From: Diadema antillarum
Taxonomy: Eukaryota
DNA length: 64,000 bases
Reading direction: 5' to 3'
NCBI RefSeq assembly: GCF_040938485.1
Contig: NW_027272364.1
Coordinates: 1-64,000 of the forward strand
The notes under the pieces are model-generated. The model was given only the letters and a program-made list of their open reading frames with translations. It ran no database searches and was not told where the DNA came from. The translations under genes were made by a program, and so were the position numbers. Positions within the stretch are counted from its first letter, which is position 1, and the number at the start of each line of letters is the position of its first letter. Positions 37,078 to 50,739 of the stretch are shown here, piece by piece.

Positions 37078-39339
37078 CCGATATCTGTCTGCGAAAATAT
37101 ATAAGTAGACGCCTGATTGTCTTTTGTGGGCAATACAGGCAGACTCCAAGTTGAGTCCTGTCTGTCGCGTCCTTATATATTATGCTGCTTTCTTATACAT
37201 TTGTATACGTTATTGCTGAGAATCTTAATCTGTAGAGCAAAAAAAAATTGTTATATAGGAGAAAAAAAATTACCTGTTTTGTATTCTTCTCTTTTTTTTT
37301 TCTTTTTACCGAGATGGGACATTCCCTTTGATATGGCCTTTTGCATTGATATACATGTGTACTGGAGATAGTGTGGCTTAATTATAACATGACTGGAATG
37401 AATCAGACATACCTGTGTGTTACATGGGAGAGATACTCTATGTTTCGACTGAGTTCCCGCTCTATGGAGGTATACAAAACATATTTAGGCCCTACAATGT
37501 GCTTTACTTTCAACATACGCAAACTGTCGGTCACCCGCAAGATGAGAGAGAACGACAGATTATTGCTTCATTCTTGCCCTCCCGACCGGAAAATAAGTTG
37601 ATATAACATCAATGTATTTCGTGTATGATTACAAGAAAAACAAAGCAAAACAAAACAAAAATCTTACACGACACCAGTGCCAACGGGCATATATAATACT
37701 AGTACTGAGTAGAACACGTATAATATTACAGTCGCTGCAACCAAGGAGCTCCTTGCTGGAACGACGTGAGCCAAACAGGCAGGAAATTCACCATGCGCTG
37801 AGCACTTGATACGCCGTTACTATTACATGTATGATAGTCTTATTAATGGAGACGTACCAGTAATTGTCAGTCAGGCACGCAATAGAATGTGTAAATTGAC
37901 TATACAAAATCAAAATAGCAACAACACCAATTGTACCAAGGGCCTTCAAAGTCATTAATGAAATAGACTAAAATTCGAGCTGGTTCTCGAAAATTGTTTT
38001 TGCTCACGCAAATACCAGCAAATATGTTTTTGCGTAGATATTAAGATTATTCTCATGTTAAGGAGATAGTCTCACACAACCTTTCCTAAATTTTAGAATA
38101 TGCATTCTCGACTGAAAAAAAAAAATCTTTGCTTTTCTATTGAACTGTCATTCAGCGCAACTTCATGAGAATTTCGTCTGGAGTAATTAGTGATGAAATA
38201 CAAGAACATGAAATTAGAATACGAGTATTCTGCATCAAAATAACATCTTCATTTTTACTTGCTAAAATGTGTAACTCAACGCTCTAATGGTACACACCCA
38301 ATGGCTCTAAATGCCCATTTAAAATGATTGTTCATACCGCGTAAACAAAAACGCAATTTTTTTTTGACTCACTGGAGGTTTTAGTAGGGTACGGTCTGAA
38401 TAGAGACTATTCCTGATTGCAGCACCTCGAGCAGCTCGCAGAAGCGATTTCCCAATGTTGGTAGGAGCTGGTGGGGAGTTTGCGCAATCCGAATGAGAGT
38501 CGTGTGTCTGCAGACTGAGTGAGCGTAATTATGTGACGTCCTGTTAAAGTGGTTATCCGCTTTGTCTTATAATGTTTGTGTCGTCTCTATCTTAGACTCA
38601 TTTTAATCTCGTCAAGTTTGTGACAAAGTTTTCATGATTACGGGTGGGGTTTTGGGTTTGTTTATTAATGCAGGATGGGCCTTCATGAATGTGAAAAAGT
38701 TGAAGTTGTTGTCTTGTCCCAAATGTATCTGCAGTTGAATTGAACATTCGATGCATCTCAAGGGTTTTTACTGTAAATAACATAAAGCCCATGGGCACGT
38801 ACTGAATCTAAATTCGAGGTGGGCCTACTTGTTCAATTTTTATCAGTAATTAATCTGCAGGCATAGCATATATGATAGACAATCAACCACAAACAGTGAA
38901 AATGCCAAGATTTGCACAAACGGTCAGATTTTTCTTCTGTGGCCTATATGTAATGATAATATGATGATGATGATGATGATAATAACAATGACAATAATGA
39001 TAATAATAATATTGATACTAGTTGAGCTTCCCCAGCGCATACATTATTAACAAATCAATGTTCCTTATTGCGCTTATGATAACTCTTATCCATTTTACAC
39101 TTACACTATCACAAAGACATATTGACAAATTTTACATTATAGATACAAACACAGGCGCAGGCCCACACTCAAAACACACACGTACATTAACACTAATTCA
39201 ACCCCCCCCCCCCCCCCAGACACACACACACACACACATCGAAGGCTCATAATTATGAACGTCTATGCACATGATGAGAGGCACTTCAGTAGTGCAATAC
39301 CGCGCAGGGCAGATTGTGGCCGTAGAACAACTTTAACCA

Positions 39340-39430
39340 GGGAATTCCCCGTCGTGTCTCGTATCAGCAAACAGCTAACATCGCGCAGATCAGATATAAG
39401 CGCGCTATACCCATCGTCAGATCGTCAGTA
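39340..39430 (+). promoter_or_regulatory. Proximal promoter of gene 2: kB site, TATA-like box, Inr
   Basis: GGGAATTCCC at 39340, TATAAG at 39395, TCAGT with its A at 39427. Same spacing as unit 1. Confidence 0.55.
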
Positions 39431-39542
39431 TTTGAGAAGACACCGCAGTCATCACATCGCTGATATAACGCATTTTCGAACTTGATTAAATTGTAACATT
39501 GGTTAGTCGATTACTATAATTATTGTGCTGTTAAACGCAAAG

Positions 39543-40089
39543 ATGTCGAACGGCATTGTGATCCCATTTGATAACAAGCTGAAATGCAGCATATGTCAAG
39601 ACAGACTGAAGGACGCTCGAAGTCTTCCTTGCGGCCACACCTACTGCAAAGAATGCATCACTAGAAGTGTCCAAGCAAGTTACGAGCGGGGAATCGTCAA
39701 ATGTTCCGAGTGCCAGAGAAGTACGAGGCTTCCTGCGGGAGGCGTCGACAACATTCCCCGCTGTTTTACATTAAACTTCTTGCTGGAAGAGATTCAACGG
39801 ACATTCGGCCCCAGCGGTCAGAGAGTGGACATCCCTGCCCATGGGTTTCAGGCCAGGGAGATGTTTGCCTGCGCCATCTGCATTGGGCCGATGAGGGATG
39901 CTCGCTACTTGTCGTGTGGTCACTGCTTCTGCAAGAGTTGCCTAGCGAGGCAGTATACTTCCGGTCACATTAAGTGCTGCAAGTGCCAGAAGTTGCACAA
40001 CCTTCCCAGCGGAGGGTTAGACAGCCTGCCTGTGGCCTACAGAATTAACAGCATTACAGCCGAGTTCAGTGGGGAAGAGGAGGCAGCAG
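39543..40089 (+). CDS. RING-RING-UBL gene 2, exon 1 (two C3HC4 RINGs)
   Basis: 547 nt with all Zn ligands intact, 9 amino-acid differences from gene 1, donor G|GTAAGT. Confidence 0.92.
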
Positions 40090-41241
40090 GTAAGTCTTAG
40101 TGTCCGTTGTATACGGTATTTGTATTCCTTAGAGGTTTCTAGTTATCGAGACATGCAATGATAGCAACTTCGTAATCATGGTTTCATAGTGGCTCTTCAC
40201 TTTACATTGATACCTCCTATACCGATACAAAAATAATCGGCATAGCCTGAATATTCATGTCTGTGAAGTTGAAGGAGAATGAGACCCAAATATATGTGAA
40301 TAGAGGAAATGCAGCAATATTAGTACATAGTAGAACACGTCGGTGAAGTTTGAGGAAAATCGGGAAATCCGTTCAAAAGTTATAAATTTTTAAAGTTTCG
40401 GTACCGCCATCTGCATGCGAAGACTACAACCATTCGTGACTTCACTCATCAACGGCGGTGTAAAGAAAATGTAAAGAGAATTCCGTAAAAAAAAAAATCA
40501 TTTTTTTTTTCATTCCATTCATTCATTTCATTTTCATTTCCTCCTTTTGATACTGATATTAATTATGTTGATGCTAATTTCCCTGTTTTCAGAGAGAGGT
40601 CAGTCTTTTCACTATGCTGGAAAAATGAAAACGTGGAATTCTCTTAATATTATTTTTCTTTATATTGTTGTCCATGCGTGACATGAAAATTAATGTTGCA
40701 TTCTTCTCATCCAGCAATAGCAGCACCGAAACTTAAACTTTTATTCAGTCATTAAAGGTGAATGAATCATAGGCCTAAACATGTATGTGAATTGAGTGAA
40801 TACAGAAATATCAGTACACATCAGTCAAGTTTGAAGAAAATCAGACAATATGTTCAAACGGATGATGTTTAAGTTCGGTACCGTCATCGCTGATGAAGAA
40901 GGCTACAACAATTTGTAATGTCACAGTATATGACAACGATATAAAGAAATCTATTTTGACATTATATCTTATAATGTATAATGTTATAATGTATATGTTG
41001 ATATAGAAAGGCCTGGTAATATTGCCTGCTGTCAAACCAGTCGAAGCAATATGAATAGTTTATGGCAACATCTTGGCAAATACAAAATAATTGAAACCGA
41101 TAATACGATAACCGACTTATGGGGGGGGGGGGGGGTCCGTCAGACCCCAAGGGTAATGTTCTAGATCAGTGATCATATGTGGTCCATGCAGCTCACAATA
41201 CTCATAATACATGTATGTTATCTCATTATTCTGTTTCCAAG

Positions 41242-41612
41242 GAAGCAACTGCAGCTCCCGGGGCACAGCTAACGGACGTCTACCGTCCACACAGCGGCGC
41301 TCTTCAGGGAGACTTGTTGATGACGTCGCACGAGAGAAGGCACGGGCGCAAGCCGCGGCGCGACGGCCATTTCAGGTATTTGTGCAAAAGCTTGATGGAA
41401 AGACGGTCACCATTGACACGTGCAGTCAGGATACTATCCGTGAGCTGAGAAGGAAAATTCAAGCCAAAACTAATATTGCGCCTTCACAGCAAGTCTTGAC
41501 GTACGGCAGAACAACCCTGAACGAGGAAGCGAAAACTCTGCAAGACTACAATATCGGACAGCACGATACTATAAACCTGAGTGCCCGCCTCCGAGGAGGT
41601 CGCACTTCCTAA
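41242..41612 (+). CDS. RING-RING-UBL gene 2, exon 2 (UBL ending RLRGG-RTS)
   Basis: Acceptor TTCTGTTTCCAAG, 371 nt, in frame with exon 1. Confidence 0.92.
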
Positions 41613-44600
41613 CTTACTTGCGAACAGCCCATGATACTATTACTCCAGACATTTATTCAACCAAAAAAGAAAAAACAACAACAACCTCGAACATTATAGT
41701 AATCTTTGTAAATTGGGCTTCACTCTCGTCAGAGTTAGTCATGTATTCCGTATTAAGAAGAATGATGGTTCTCTCATAACTAAAATCACACGAAAGAATA
41801 GATAAATGAATAGATAAATAGTATATGGTCTAAACAGTCCCCCTATCTATCTGTCTATCTATATATATAAACACGACAAAACAAACACAGGACAAACCCT
41901 ACACCAATGAATGCTCGATAAATAGAATGTTATAGATGAATAAATAAACAAGTACAGTAAATTCAAAATTTAAATTCAACGACTTCATCTTATCCCTTTG
42001 CGGATTTTATCAGTTATTACTTTACGTTGTCTGGGTGAACATCTGAGGTTTAAAAAAAACCAAACAAACGATGATAAATTATTCTGAACTCTGTTCAATG
42101 ATGAGGTCGTCATAAGGCAGACCTATAAGGATAAAGGAGAGATCCTAATGCTAAGTAGCTAGAAATCGGGAGTATGGGTTAAGTTGTAAAGAGTTTGTAT
42201 CACAACATTGGTATAGATTGCCGTTTCCTCTATTATTTTTTGTATCAGATTTAATGTATGAATGATACAGATTTAATGTATGATAATATGACTGGCTCAT
42301 CATTCATCTTGAATTTTGAAATATGTAAATATATTAATCTGTTAAAAAAAAGAGTCGTGTATCTGTACTGATCAAGTGAGTAAAATGAGATTTCATGTGT
42401 TTGTATATGCAACGTACATTTCTTAGGTATTTTGATGGAAATAGAGAGGTTTCTAATTTTTTATGTTGTCTGTTGGTATATACTATAGTACAAATCAGCG
42501 ATTCTTATGTTTTTCATTCAAAGGTCTCTTCTCTGTTATTTTGGTTTTATAAACTTTCAACCACTCAGCTATTATCAATATTATTATCAATTATTATCAT
42601 CATTATTATTATTATTATCACTATCATTATTCTATCTGGATGAGGACATATTACAATATGAAATCAGATACAGAGCTGAGCGTGATTAATCATTACAATA
42701 ACACAAAAACACTTAGACACTGGATGCAGGCGTTTGGGCAAAGTTATCTGAATAACTATATAGTACACAGACCGCCCTAACCTATTTCCCAGTCGCTTGC
42801 ACCCAGTGTTGCAGATTTATGTGTCATGGATAATCATAACATAGCATTCTTAATAGCTATATCCCTCAAAAATACATTTGACGCTCTAGCTTGTTTACTT
42901 TGATAATACTGTGCCTCACTGTATTGTTTTGCTTTTAACTGACCTCGTCTTGCTGAGGTTTTTGGTTTTTGTTTTGTCTTGTAAGTGTAATCTATGATTA
43001 TAATGGTCAGTGGATATCATCAGAGTCGTATGAGTGGATGACTATTTTAACAGTGCAGTTAGTTGTATATTAGCATGTGCAAAATTCCCCTTCTATGTCA
43101 TCAAATGAGTGCTTTGCGATGATAAAACGACAAATCAAATTGATTCATTATAATTCTATTCGTATACATAAGCTCGAAAATAAAGATGTTAGTATAGATG
43201 ATGATTGACCTAGTATATACAGTGTACATGCACCGCCACGCACGTTTCCGACTCTGATCTGACATACGTATGACGAATTGATATAGTACTGGCATACCTC
43301 CAAGAGCGTGTTTTTTTTTATTGTTGTTTTGTTGTTTTTTTAATGACTTTTGGAATTTATGATATGCATGTCATAGTACGTGCTTGTTTGTTTGATCGGT
43401 GCACAGAGGACGACTAGACTTGGGAGAACACTGCGTGATTGCTATGGTAAATGCCAACGCATCATTTAGAAAAGATTTGATTTTGAGAAAGAGATTGTTT
43501 CAATTCAATTCAATTCAAACTTTATTTTCACTTCTTTCAACAGAAAATACAAAAATCACGTAAATTTGACATGCATTTCATGGAATGGTACACAGGTATA
43601 GCAAAGAATAACATGTCCATGTATGTGGTAATTACGAAATGAGGCATAATTTATACAAACTTATTTGTACATTCTCTTAAAAAAAGTGGAGGTGGGAATA
43701 CCCACTCATAAGACTGTGATTGGTGTGTTTTGTGGGTACTTCAAAGTGAAGAGGAAAGAGAGGGTGAAGGACCTAACACAGACTATAGACTACAAAGAGT
43801 GCGGGAAATGAGGAAAGAGGGAACAAAAAAAAAAAGAAAAGTGGGAAAAAGATCAAATAGAAATAGGGGGAAAGAAATGAGTCAGTTAAAAAAGAAGAAG
43901 CCTAGATCAATGCATGTACATTAACGGTGAAAGCACACAGAGACGATTAGGCATACATAGCAGGACAGTATGGCGTATTAAAGCCACCGAGAAGGTGGCA
44001 CAGGGAATTGTTAGCAGCGAAACTGACTACTGTATCTACTCTGTAAAGACACGTACAATAGTAAACTATAGTTCGCAATGAAACGAACATGGGATGTGAT
44101 ATGGAATGCCTTAAGCAGACGCACACTAAACAGAATCATAACGTTGTGATTACAACATAAATAATTAGTGTCTTTCTGTTGCATTATGAGACTTCAGCAG
44201 GAATAGTTGGAATCTTTTTTTAACGAATTCAATGACGGTGCATTTTTTATGTCGAAACAGAGTTCCAGAATGCTAGACTGCGTAAATAAAATAATGTCTG
44301 CTGGGCTAGCACAGTTCTGTTTCGAGTGTCAGATGGTTGCAAAGGTAACTGACAGCACCCAAGATTGCTTGTCATGATTAAGCAGGGAAACAGTTGGATT
44401 CTGTGTCAGAGAAGTGGAATAATTTGAAAGCGGAAACGAATATTGCTACAGCACATATTATGTATAAGCCTATGTGATTGTCTTGAGTTATTTCGTGATG
44501 CCGCCATCAATACAACGGAATTACAAGGATGTAAATGGAACAATTTACAATGTAGAATGAGGAATGATTGATTGCCCTGGATGACTTGCAGTACTGTGAT

Positions 44601-47600
44601 ATGTTTTGAAATGCAATGAATCAAACTGATTTGGTTAAATTTCTCATGCACAAGGGGCTTAACTGTAACATTCACTCACGTTATCACGATTTTTATCACT
44701 CGATCTGATCTATATACTAAGACAGTGTAGCGATAGACGTGACACAAAATTCTTTGAATTTTGAAATACCCATAGCAAAGCACGTGACAGTGATTTACTT
44801 GACGAAGACGTTAACAAAATAAAATTAAGTTGTACATGGTCACTGAGAAGAGATTCTGACTCTGATACTAATGACAAATTGACACAGTACTGGCAAACTT
44901 CAAGAGTGCTTTTCTTTTAATATGTTTTTTTTTTAAAATCTATATTCCAATAAATTCAATTCAACTCAAATGAATATGAATATCTACACGTGTATGGTTG
45001 TTTTGTGGTGATCAGTGCACTGGAGATGGAAGGGGAGGCAGTTGAAATACAGAGTAGAGTTGCAAGACGAAAACCACATAGATTATGCCAAGTCTGGCAA
45101 ACAATGTTCATGGCCATTATATAGGTGAATATATTTTTCATTTATGCCTGTATAACCACGCCATGATTAGTCTCCATAAAAAGCAATAGTACTTCTAAAT
45201 ACAAAACCGAGAGTGAAAAAAGGTCTATTCTATACTTCATTATTTTATAAACAACTCGTTTCTGAAAAAAAAAGAGTATCGGAACATGATAGCGAGCTCC
45301 CGCGTATATACGTATTGGCCTGTATTTGTATGTGATATCAGCACACAAGAAGTCATATAGGTTATCTGGATGCGTTGTCAGCCAGGCTGCAAGTTGCTGG
45401 TTGCTGGCATGGTATACGGAGTTAGTGTATACGATTAACAGACGTGCAATATTAATGCAAACATTATCACGTCTGGAGTTCAAAAAAAGTGTGTTAGCAG
45501 AGTCCTAGTCTATGAATACAGAAAGCAGCACTATTTTTTTCTTCCTCTTTATACCTGGAAACAAGTGTATCGTCAATTCCTTTGACCTCATTGTCGTTAC
45601 GTTTAAACCTTAAAGATAGTTGTTATTACTATACTATGAATGTAACACTATTTTTTCCTATCATGTTGTCAGATACACGTGTTGTTATTTTAGTTAATGA
45701 TATCTTTGAAAAAAAATGCAGAAATAAAATCAAACTGGAACTGAAAATGAAATTTGATGTACATTATAGATTATGAGCTATGTGCAGGTAAGATGCACAT
45801 GGTAAGATACAAACATGGCTAAGAGTATGTAATAATAACAATTGTTTATTAGAGATAAAATAATTGTGAATCAACATGAGCTGTTCATGTCGATTCAAGT
45901 TTGCTGATTGAAATTCCATTTTTTTTTCAATGCAGTCACACGGTGTCCTTCCACCTATGGTGTACTGTATTTCATCTTGCAGTGTGATCGGGATGGCGGG
46001 GGGGGGGGGGGGATTGGTAGCTACGGGTACATGAACTTTGCATGCAATGCTATTTTAAGCAGAGCAAGTTTAATTTATGAACATGATAAACAATAAGCTG
46101 GAATTCCCCGGTTTCATTATACCTGCTAGTGCATGGAATATGTGATTTTCATGTCTATGCATGCAACAGTGTCGTCCCTGCACCCATAGCACGAAATAGG
46201 CTACCCTGGGAATCCCATTGTGGTAGACATGGGTGACAACACCCGGGGGGGGGGGGGAGGGGGTTAGGTAATGACGTCAAAAAGAATGATCACGTCATCG
46301 TAACAATGAATCCAACGGCTTCCATCTCTGCAAGTCAAGCCGCATGGCAAGAAGATTTTATATGATTAATACTTCATAACCATTTTCATGCTGCTCTTTT
46401 GTCACGTGCATAGATTGTATTTGAGATAAATCAAATTACGGTCCAACAGCAGCAGCAACAACAACAACGACAACAACATCAAAAAAAAAAAAAAAAACCA
46501 GCAGCAGCAGCAACAACAAAAACAACGAATGAACAGTAAATGGCCCGCAATAGATGGCTCTACACATCGGCGATTACGGCAGACGGGGATTCCCCGCTGT
46601 ACGTGTTGTCCGTGGCTTTCATGTTTGTTGTTTGTGAATATTATGCTCCTGATCGGCGTTCCGTCATGCTAACTGATTGATCTTTTATTATTGTTACTCT
46701 GAATGCAATTTCTAATCAATTTCTTCCCAAGCATCTTTCTTAAATCACATTTTGCCAGTCACGGTCCGGAGATGCTCTGTGTGTTTGTGTGTGGTAATGT
46801 GAATGGTTGGATATCACTAGAAAATAGGATTGAGGAGCTCCTTTGACAATGAATTCACTATAGATTTTGAATCCGTATACACACAGAGAGCGAGACAGAG
46901 AGAGAGATTAGATGAAGACCTTGCTATACAGCGGATATTCTGTCTGCGAACAATATATAAGTAGACGCCTGATTGTCTTCTGTGGGCAATATCGGCAGAC
47001 TCCAAGTTGAGTCCTGTCTGTGGCGTCCCACTACATTATTTTGCTTTCTTATACATTTGTATAACGTTATTGCTGAGAGTCTTAATCTATAGAGCCAACA
47101 AAATTATTTTAAGGAGAAAATACCTTTGATTATTGTTTTGTTTTGTTTTTTTAACCGAGATGGGACATTTCCTTTAATATGGCCTTTTGCATTGATTAGT
47201 GTACGGGAAATTATGTGTGGCTTACAACATGACTGGAATGAACCAGACATACCTGTGTGTTACATGGGAGAGATACTTCATGTTTCCACTAAGTGCCCGC
47301 TCTATGGAGGTATGTACAGAACAGTTTTATACAATAATGTTTCACGTTCAACATATACATACATACAGATGCAAACCGTCAGTCACCCACAAGATGAAAG
47401 AGAAGCGACATATTATTGCTTCATTCTTGCCCTCAAGACCGGAAAAGAAGCTAATAACATAAATGTATTTTGTGTATGATTAAAAGAAAAACAAAACAAT
47501 ACAAAAAGCTAACGCGGCGCTAGTACAAACGGGCATAATATACCAGTATTTTATCGAGAATCGGGTACAAGGAGCTCCTTGCTGTAACGAGATGCCAGAA

Positions 47601-49161
47601 CAGCTCTAGGCAGGAAATTCAGTGCGCGCTGGGCGCTTGATCGGCTCTACTAAAGTCTTATTAATGCAGACGTAATCGTCAGGCAAGCACGCAGTAGAAT
47701 GTCTGAATTTATACGACTCCTCCCCCTTGTTTTGGCCATTTCCACGTCTATGATATTGGTACTTGCAAAATCAAAATAACAACATCAATCTTTTTTTTTT
47801 GTACCAAGGTTCGAAACAACTCCACATCCATAGGCTAAACTTGAAGCTGCTTCTCGAAAATGTTATTGCTTACGCAAATACCATCAAATATGTTTGTTCG
47901 GGTTTTTTGTTTCTCTTTTTTTTTTAGATAAGATTATTCTCCTGTTAAACGTAGTCTAACACAACCTTTCCTAGATTTTAGAATATGCATTCTCGGGTGA
48001 AAAAAAAATAAATCTTTGCACATCAATTAAAGTGTCATTCAGCACAACTTCATGACAATTTCGTTTGGAGTTAAATTATTTAGTGATGAAATAAAAGAAC
48101 ATGAAATCAAAATACATGTACGAGTACTCTGCATCAAAATATCACCTTCATTCTTACTAACTGAGACTTGTAACTCAACGCTCTGATACCAATGGCTCGA
48201 AATGTCCATTTCAAATGATTGTTCATACCGTAACAGAAACGTGAATTTTTTGACTCACTGGAGATGTTAGTAGGGTACGGTCTGAATAGAGACTATTCCT
48301 GATTGCAGCACCTCGAGCAGCTCGCAGAAGCGATTTCCCAATGTTGTTGGGACCTGGTGGGGAGTTTGCGCAATCCGAGTGAGAGTCGTGTGTCTGCAGA
48401 CTGAGCGAGCGTAATTATATGACGTCATTTAAAGTGGTTATCCGCTTTGTCTTATAATGTTTGTGTCGTCTCTATCTTAGACTCATTTTAATCTCGTCCA
48501 GTTTGTGACAAAGTTTTCATGATTACGGGTGGGTTTTGGGGTTTGTTTGTTAATGCAAGATGGGCTTTCATGAATGTGAGAAAGTTTAAGTCTTGTTGTC
48601 TTCTCCCAAATGTATCTTGAATTGAACAATCAATGCATTTTAAGGGCTTTTACTGTAACATAAAGCCCAAGGGCGCGTACTGAATCTGAATTCAAAGAAG
48701 GCCTACTGGTTCAATTTTTATCAGCGATTAATCTGCAGGCATAGCATATAGGCCTAGCATTAAGGGACAATCAATTTAAACAGTGAAAATGCCAAGATTT
48801 GCACAAGCGGTCAGATTTTTCTTCTGTGGCCTATCTAATGATGACATGATGATGAGGATGATAATTAGGATGATGATAATAACAATAATAACAATGATCA
48901 TGATAATGATAATGATAATGATGATGATAGTTGAGCTTCCATAGCGCATATTAACAAATCCATGTTCCTATCTTATGCGTTTTACGATAACTCTTATCCA
49001 TTTTATACACACACTATATCACAAAAGACATATCAATTGACAAATTTTACATTATAGATACAAAGACAGGCGCAGGCCAACACACAAACATAACGCATTT
49101 TCGAACTTGACTAAATTGCTACATTGGTTGGTCGATTATATCGTGCTGGAAAAACGCAAAG

Positions 49162-49720
49162 ATGTCGAACGGCATTGTGATCCCATTTGAGAACAAGCTG
49201 AAATGCAGCATTTGTCAAGACAGACTGAAGGACGCTCGAATTCTTCCTTGCGGCCACACCTACTGCAAAGAATGCATCACTGGAAGTGTCCAAGCAAGTT
49301 ACGACAGGGGAATCGTCAAATGTTCCGAATGCCAGAAAAGTACGAGGCTTCCTGCGGGAGGCGTCGACAGCATACCCCGCTGTTTTACCCTAAACTTCTT
49401 GCTGGAAGAGATTCAACGGACATTCGGCCCCAGCGGTCAGAAAGTGGACATCCTTCCTCATGGGTTTCAGGCCAGGGAGATGTTTGCCTGTGCCATCTGT
49501 ATTGGGCCGTTGAGGGATGCTCGCTATTTGCAGTGTGGTCACTGCTTCTGCAAGAGCTGCCTAGCAAAGCAGAATTCGTCAGGTCAAAATAAGTGCTGCA
49601 AGTGCCAGAAGCTCCACAACCTTCCCAGCGGAGGGTTAGACAGCCTGCCTGTGGCCTACAGAGTTAACAGCATTACAGCCGAGTTCAGTCACAGTGACAG
49701 TGGGGAGGACGATTCAGCAG
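49162..49720 (+). CDS. RING-RING-UBL gene 3, exon 1 (two C3HC4 RINGs, 4-aa longer acidic linker)
   Basis: 559 nt with Zn ligands intact, donor CAG|GTAAAG in phase 1. Confidence 0.9.
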
Positions 49721-49910
49721 GTAAAGTAGTGCCCGTTATGTACGGTATTTGTATTCCTTCGTGGTTTTTCGTTATAGGACACGCAATAGTAACTTCACTA
49801 TCATCATTCTCATATGTGTATAGTGGCTCTCCACTTTACCTTGATACCTCCTGTATGCCTATACCGCTGAAATAATCGACATATCCCGATAATTCATTTT
49901 GTGAAGTTAA

Positions 49911-50739
49911 AGGAGACTGCAGAGACCCAAATAATATGTGCGAATTGAGGAAATGCAGCAATATAGTAGGAGAAGACATCGGTGAAATTTGAGGAAAATC
50001 GAGCCATCCGTTCAAAAGTTATGAAATGTTAAAGTTTCGGTACCTCCATCTCTGGATGAGAAGACTATAAAAATTCATGACTTCACTCATGGACAAAGGT
50101 ATAAAGAAAATGTACTCTCTAAAAAGAATTGAGTGAAAATATTCACTCTTAAAGGAGTGAATACAGAAAAAGAGTGAATTTGGAGTGAAATTAGAGTGAA
50201 TTTTGAGTGTAAATGTTCATTTTCACTGATTTTGGAGTGATCCCTGAGGTCACTCCAAAACGAGTGAAAATTAACAATTTCACTCAAAATTCACTCCAAT
50301 TTCACTCAAAATTAACTCTTTTTTGTATTCACTCCTTTAAGAGTGAATATTTTCACTCGATTTTTTTTAGAGGGTAAAGAAGATTCCGCAAAAATGTATT
50401 TGTCATGAAAAATGCACATTATTTCCTCCTCTTGATACTGAAATAATATTTATGCTAATGCTTGTTCACCTGTTCTCAGAGGGGTCAATCATGTATTGAT
50501 TTTTTTTTTCATTATGCTAGAAAAATAAAAATGTGAATTCTCTGTATTATTATCTTTATATCATTGTCCATGCGTGATGTGACAATTATGTTGCATTCTT
50601 CTCATCCAGCATTGGCAGCACCGAGACTTTAAAAACTCATGATTTTTAACGGATTTTCTGATTTTCCTCAAATTTCACCTTCTATGTTCTCCTGCACTCA
50701 CTCAATTCACAAAATAATATATTTGAGCTTTATTCTTCT
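49911..50739. mobile_element. TTAA-flanked foldback MITE (Kolobok-like) in the gene 3 intron
   Basis: TTAA at 49907 and 50740, with long imperfect subterminal inverted repeats. Truncated copies lie in the introns of genes 1 and 2. Confidence 0.55.
50115..50374. mobile_element. 260-bp palindromic CACTA/EnSpm-like MITE nested in the gene 3 intron
   Basis: Termini CTCTCTAAAAA and TTTTTAGAGGG with TA on both sides. Genes 1 and 2 show the empty site AAAATGTAAAG. Confidence 0.75.

Larger units (their letters stand above)
30785..45153 (+). repeat. Segmental duplication unit 2
   Basis: Colinear with units 1 and 3, expanded by a nested transposon insertion and containing an N gap. Confidence 0.85.

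Noticed and set aside
39543-40089. Positive selection between RING paralogs 1 and 2
   Set aside because: 9 non-synonymous versus 6 synonymous changes is not an excess once site numbers are considered, and the counts are too small.
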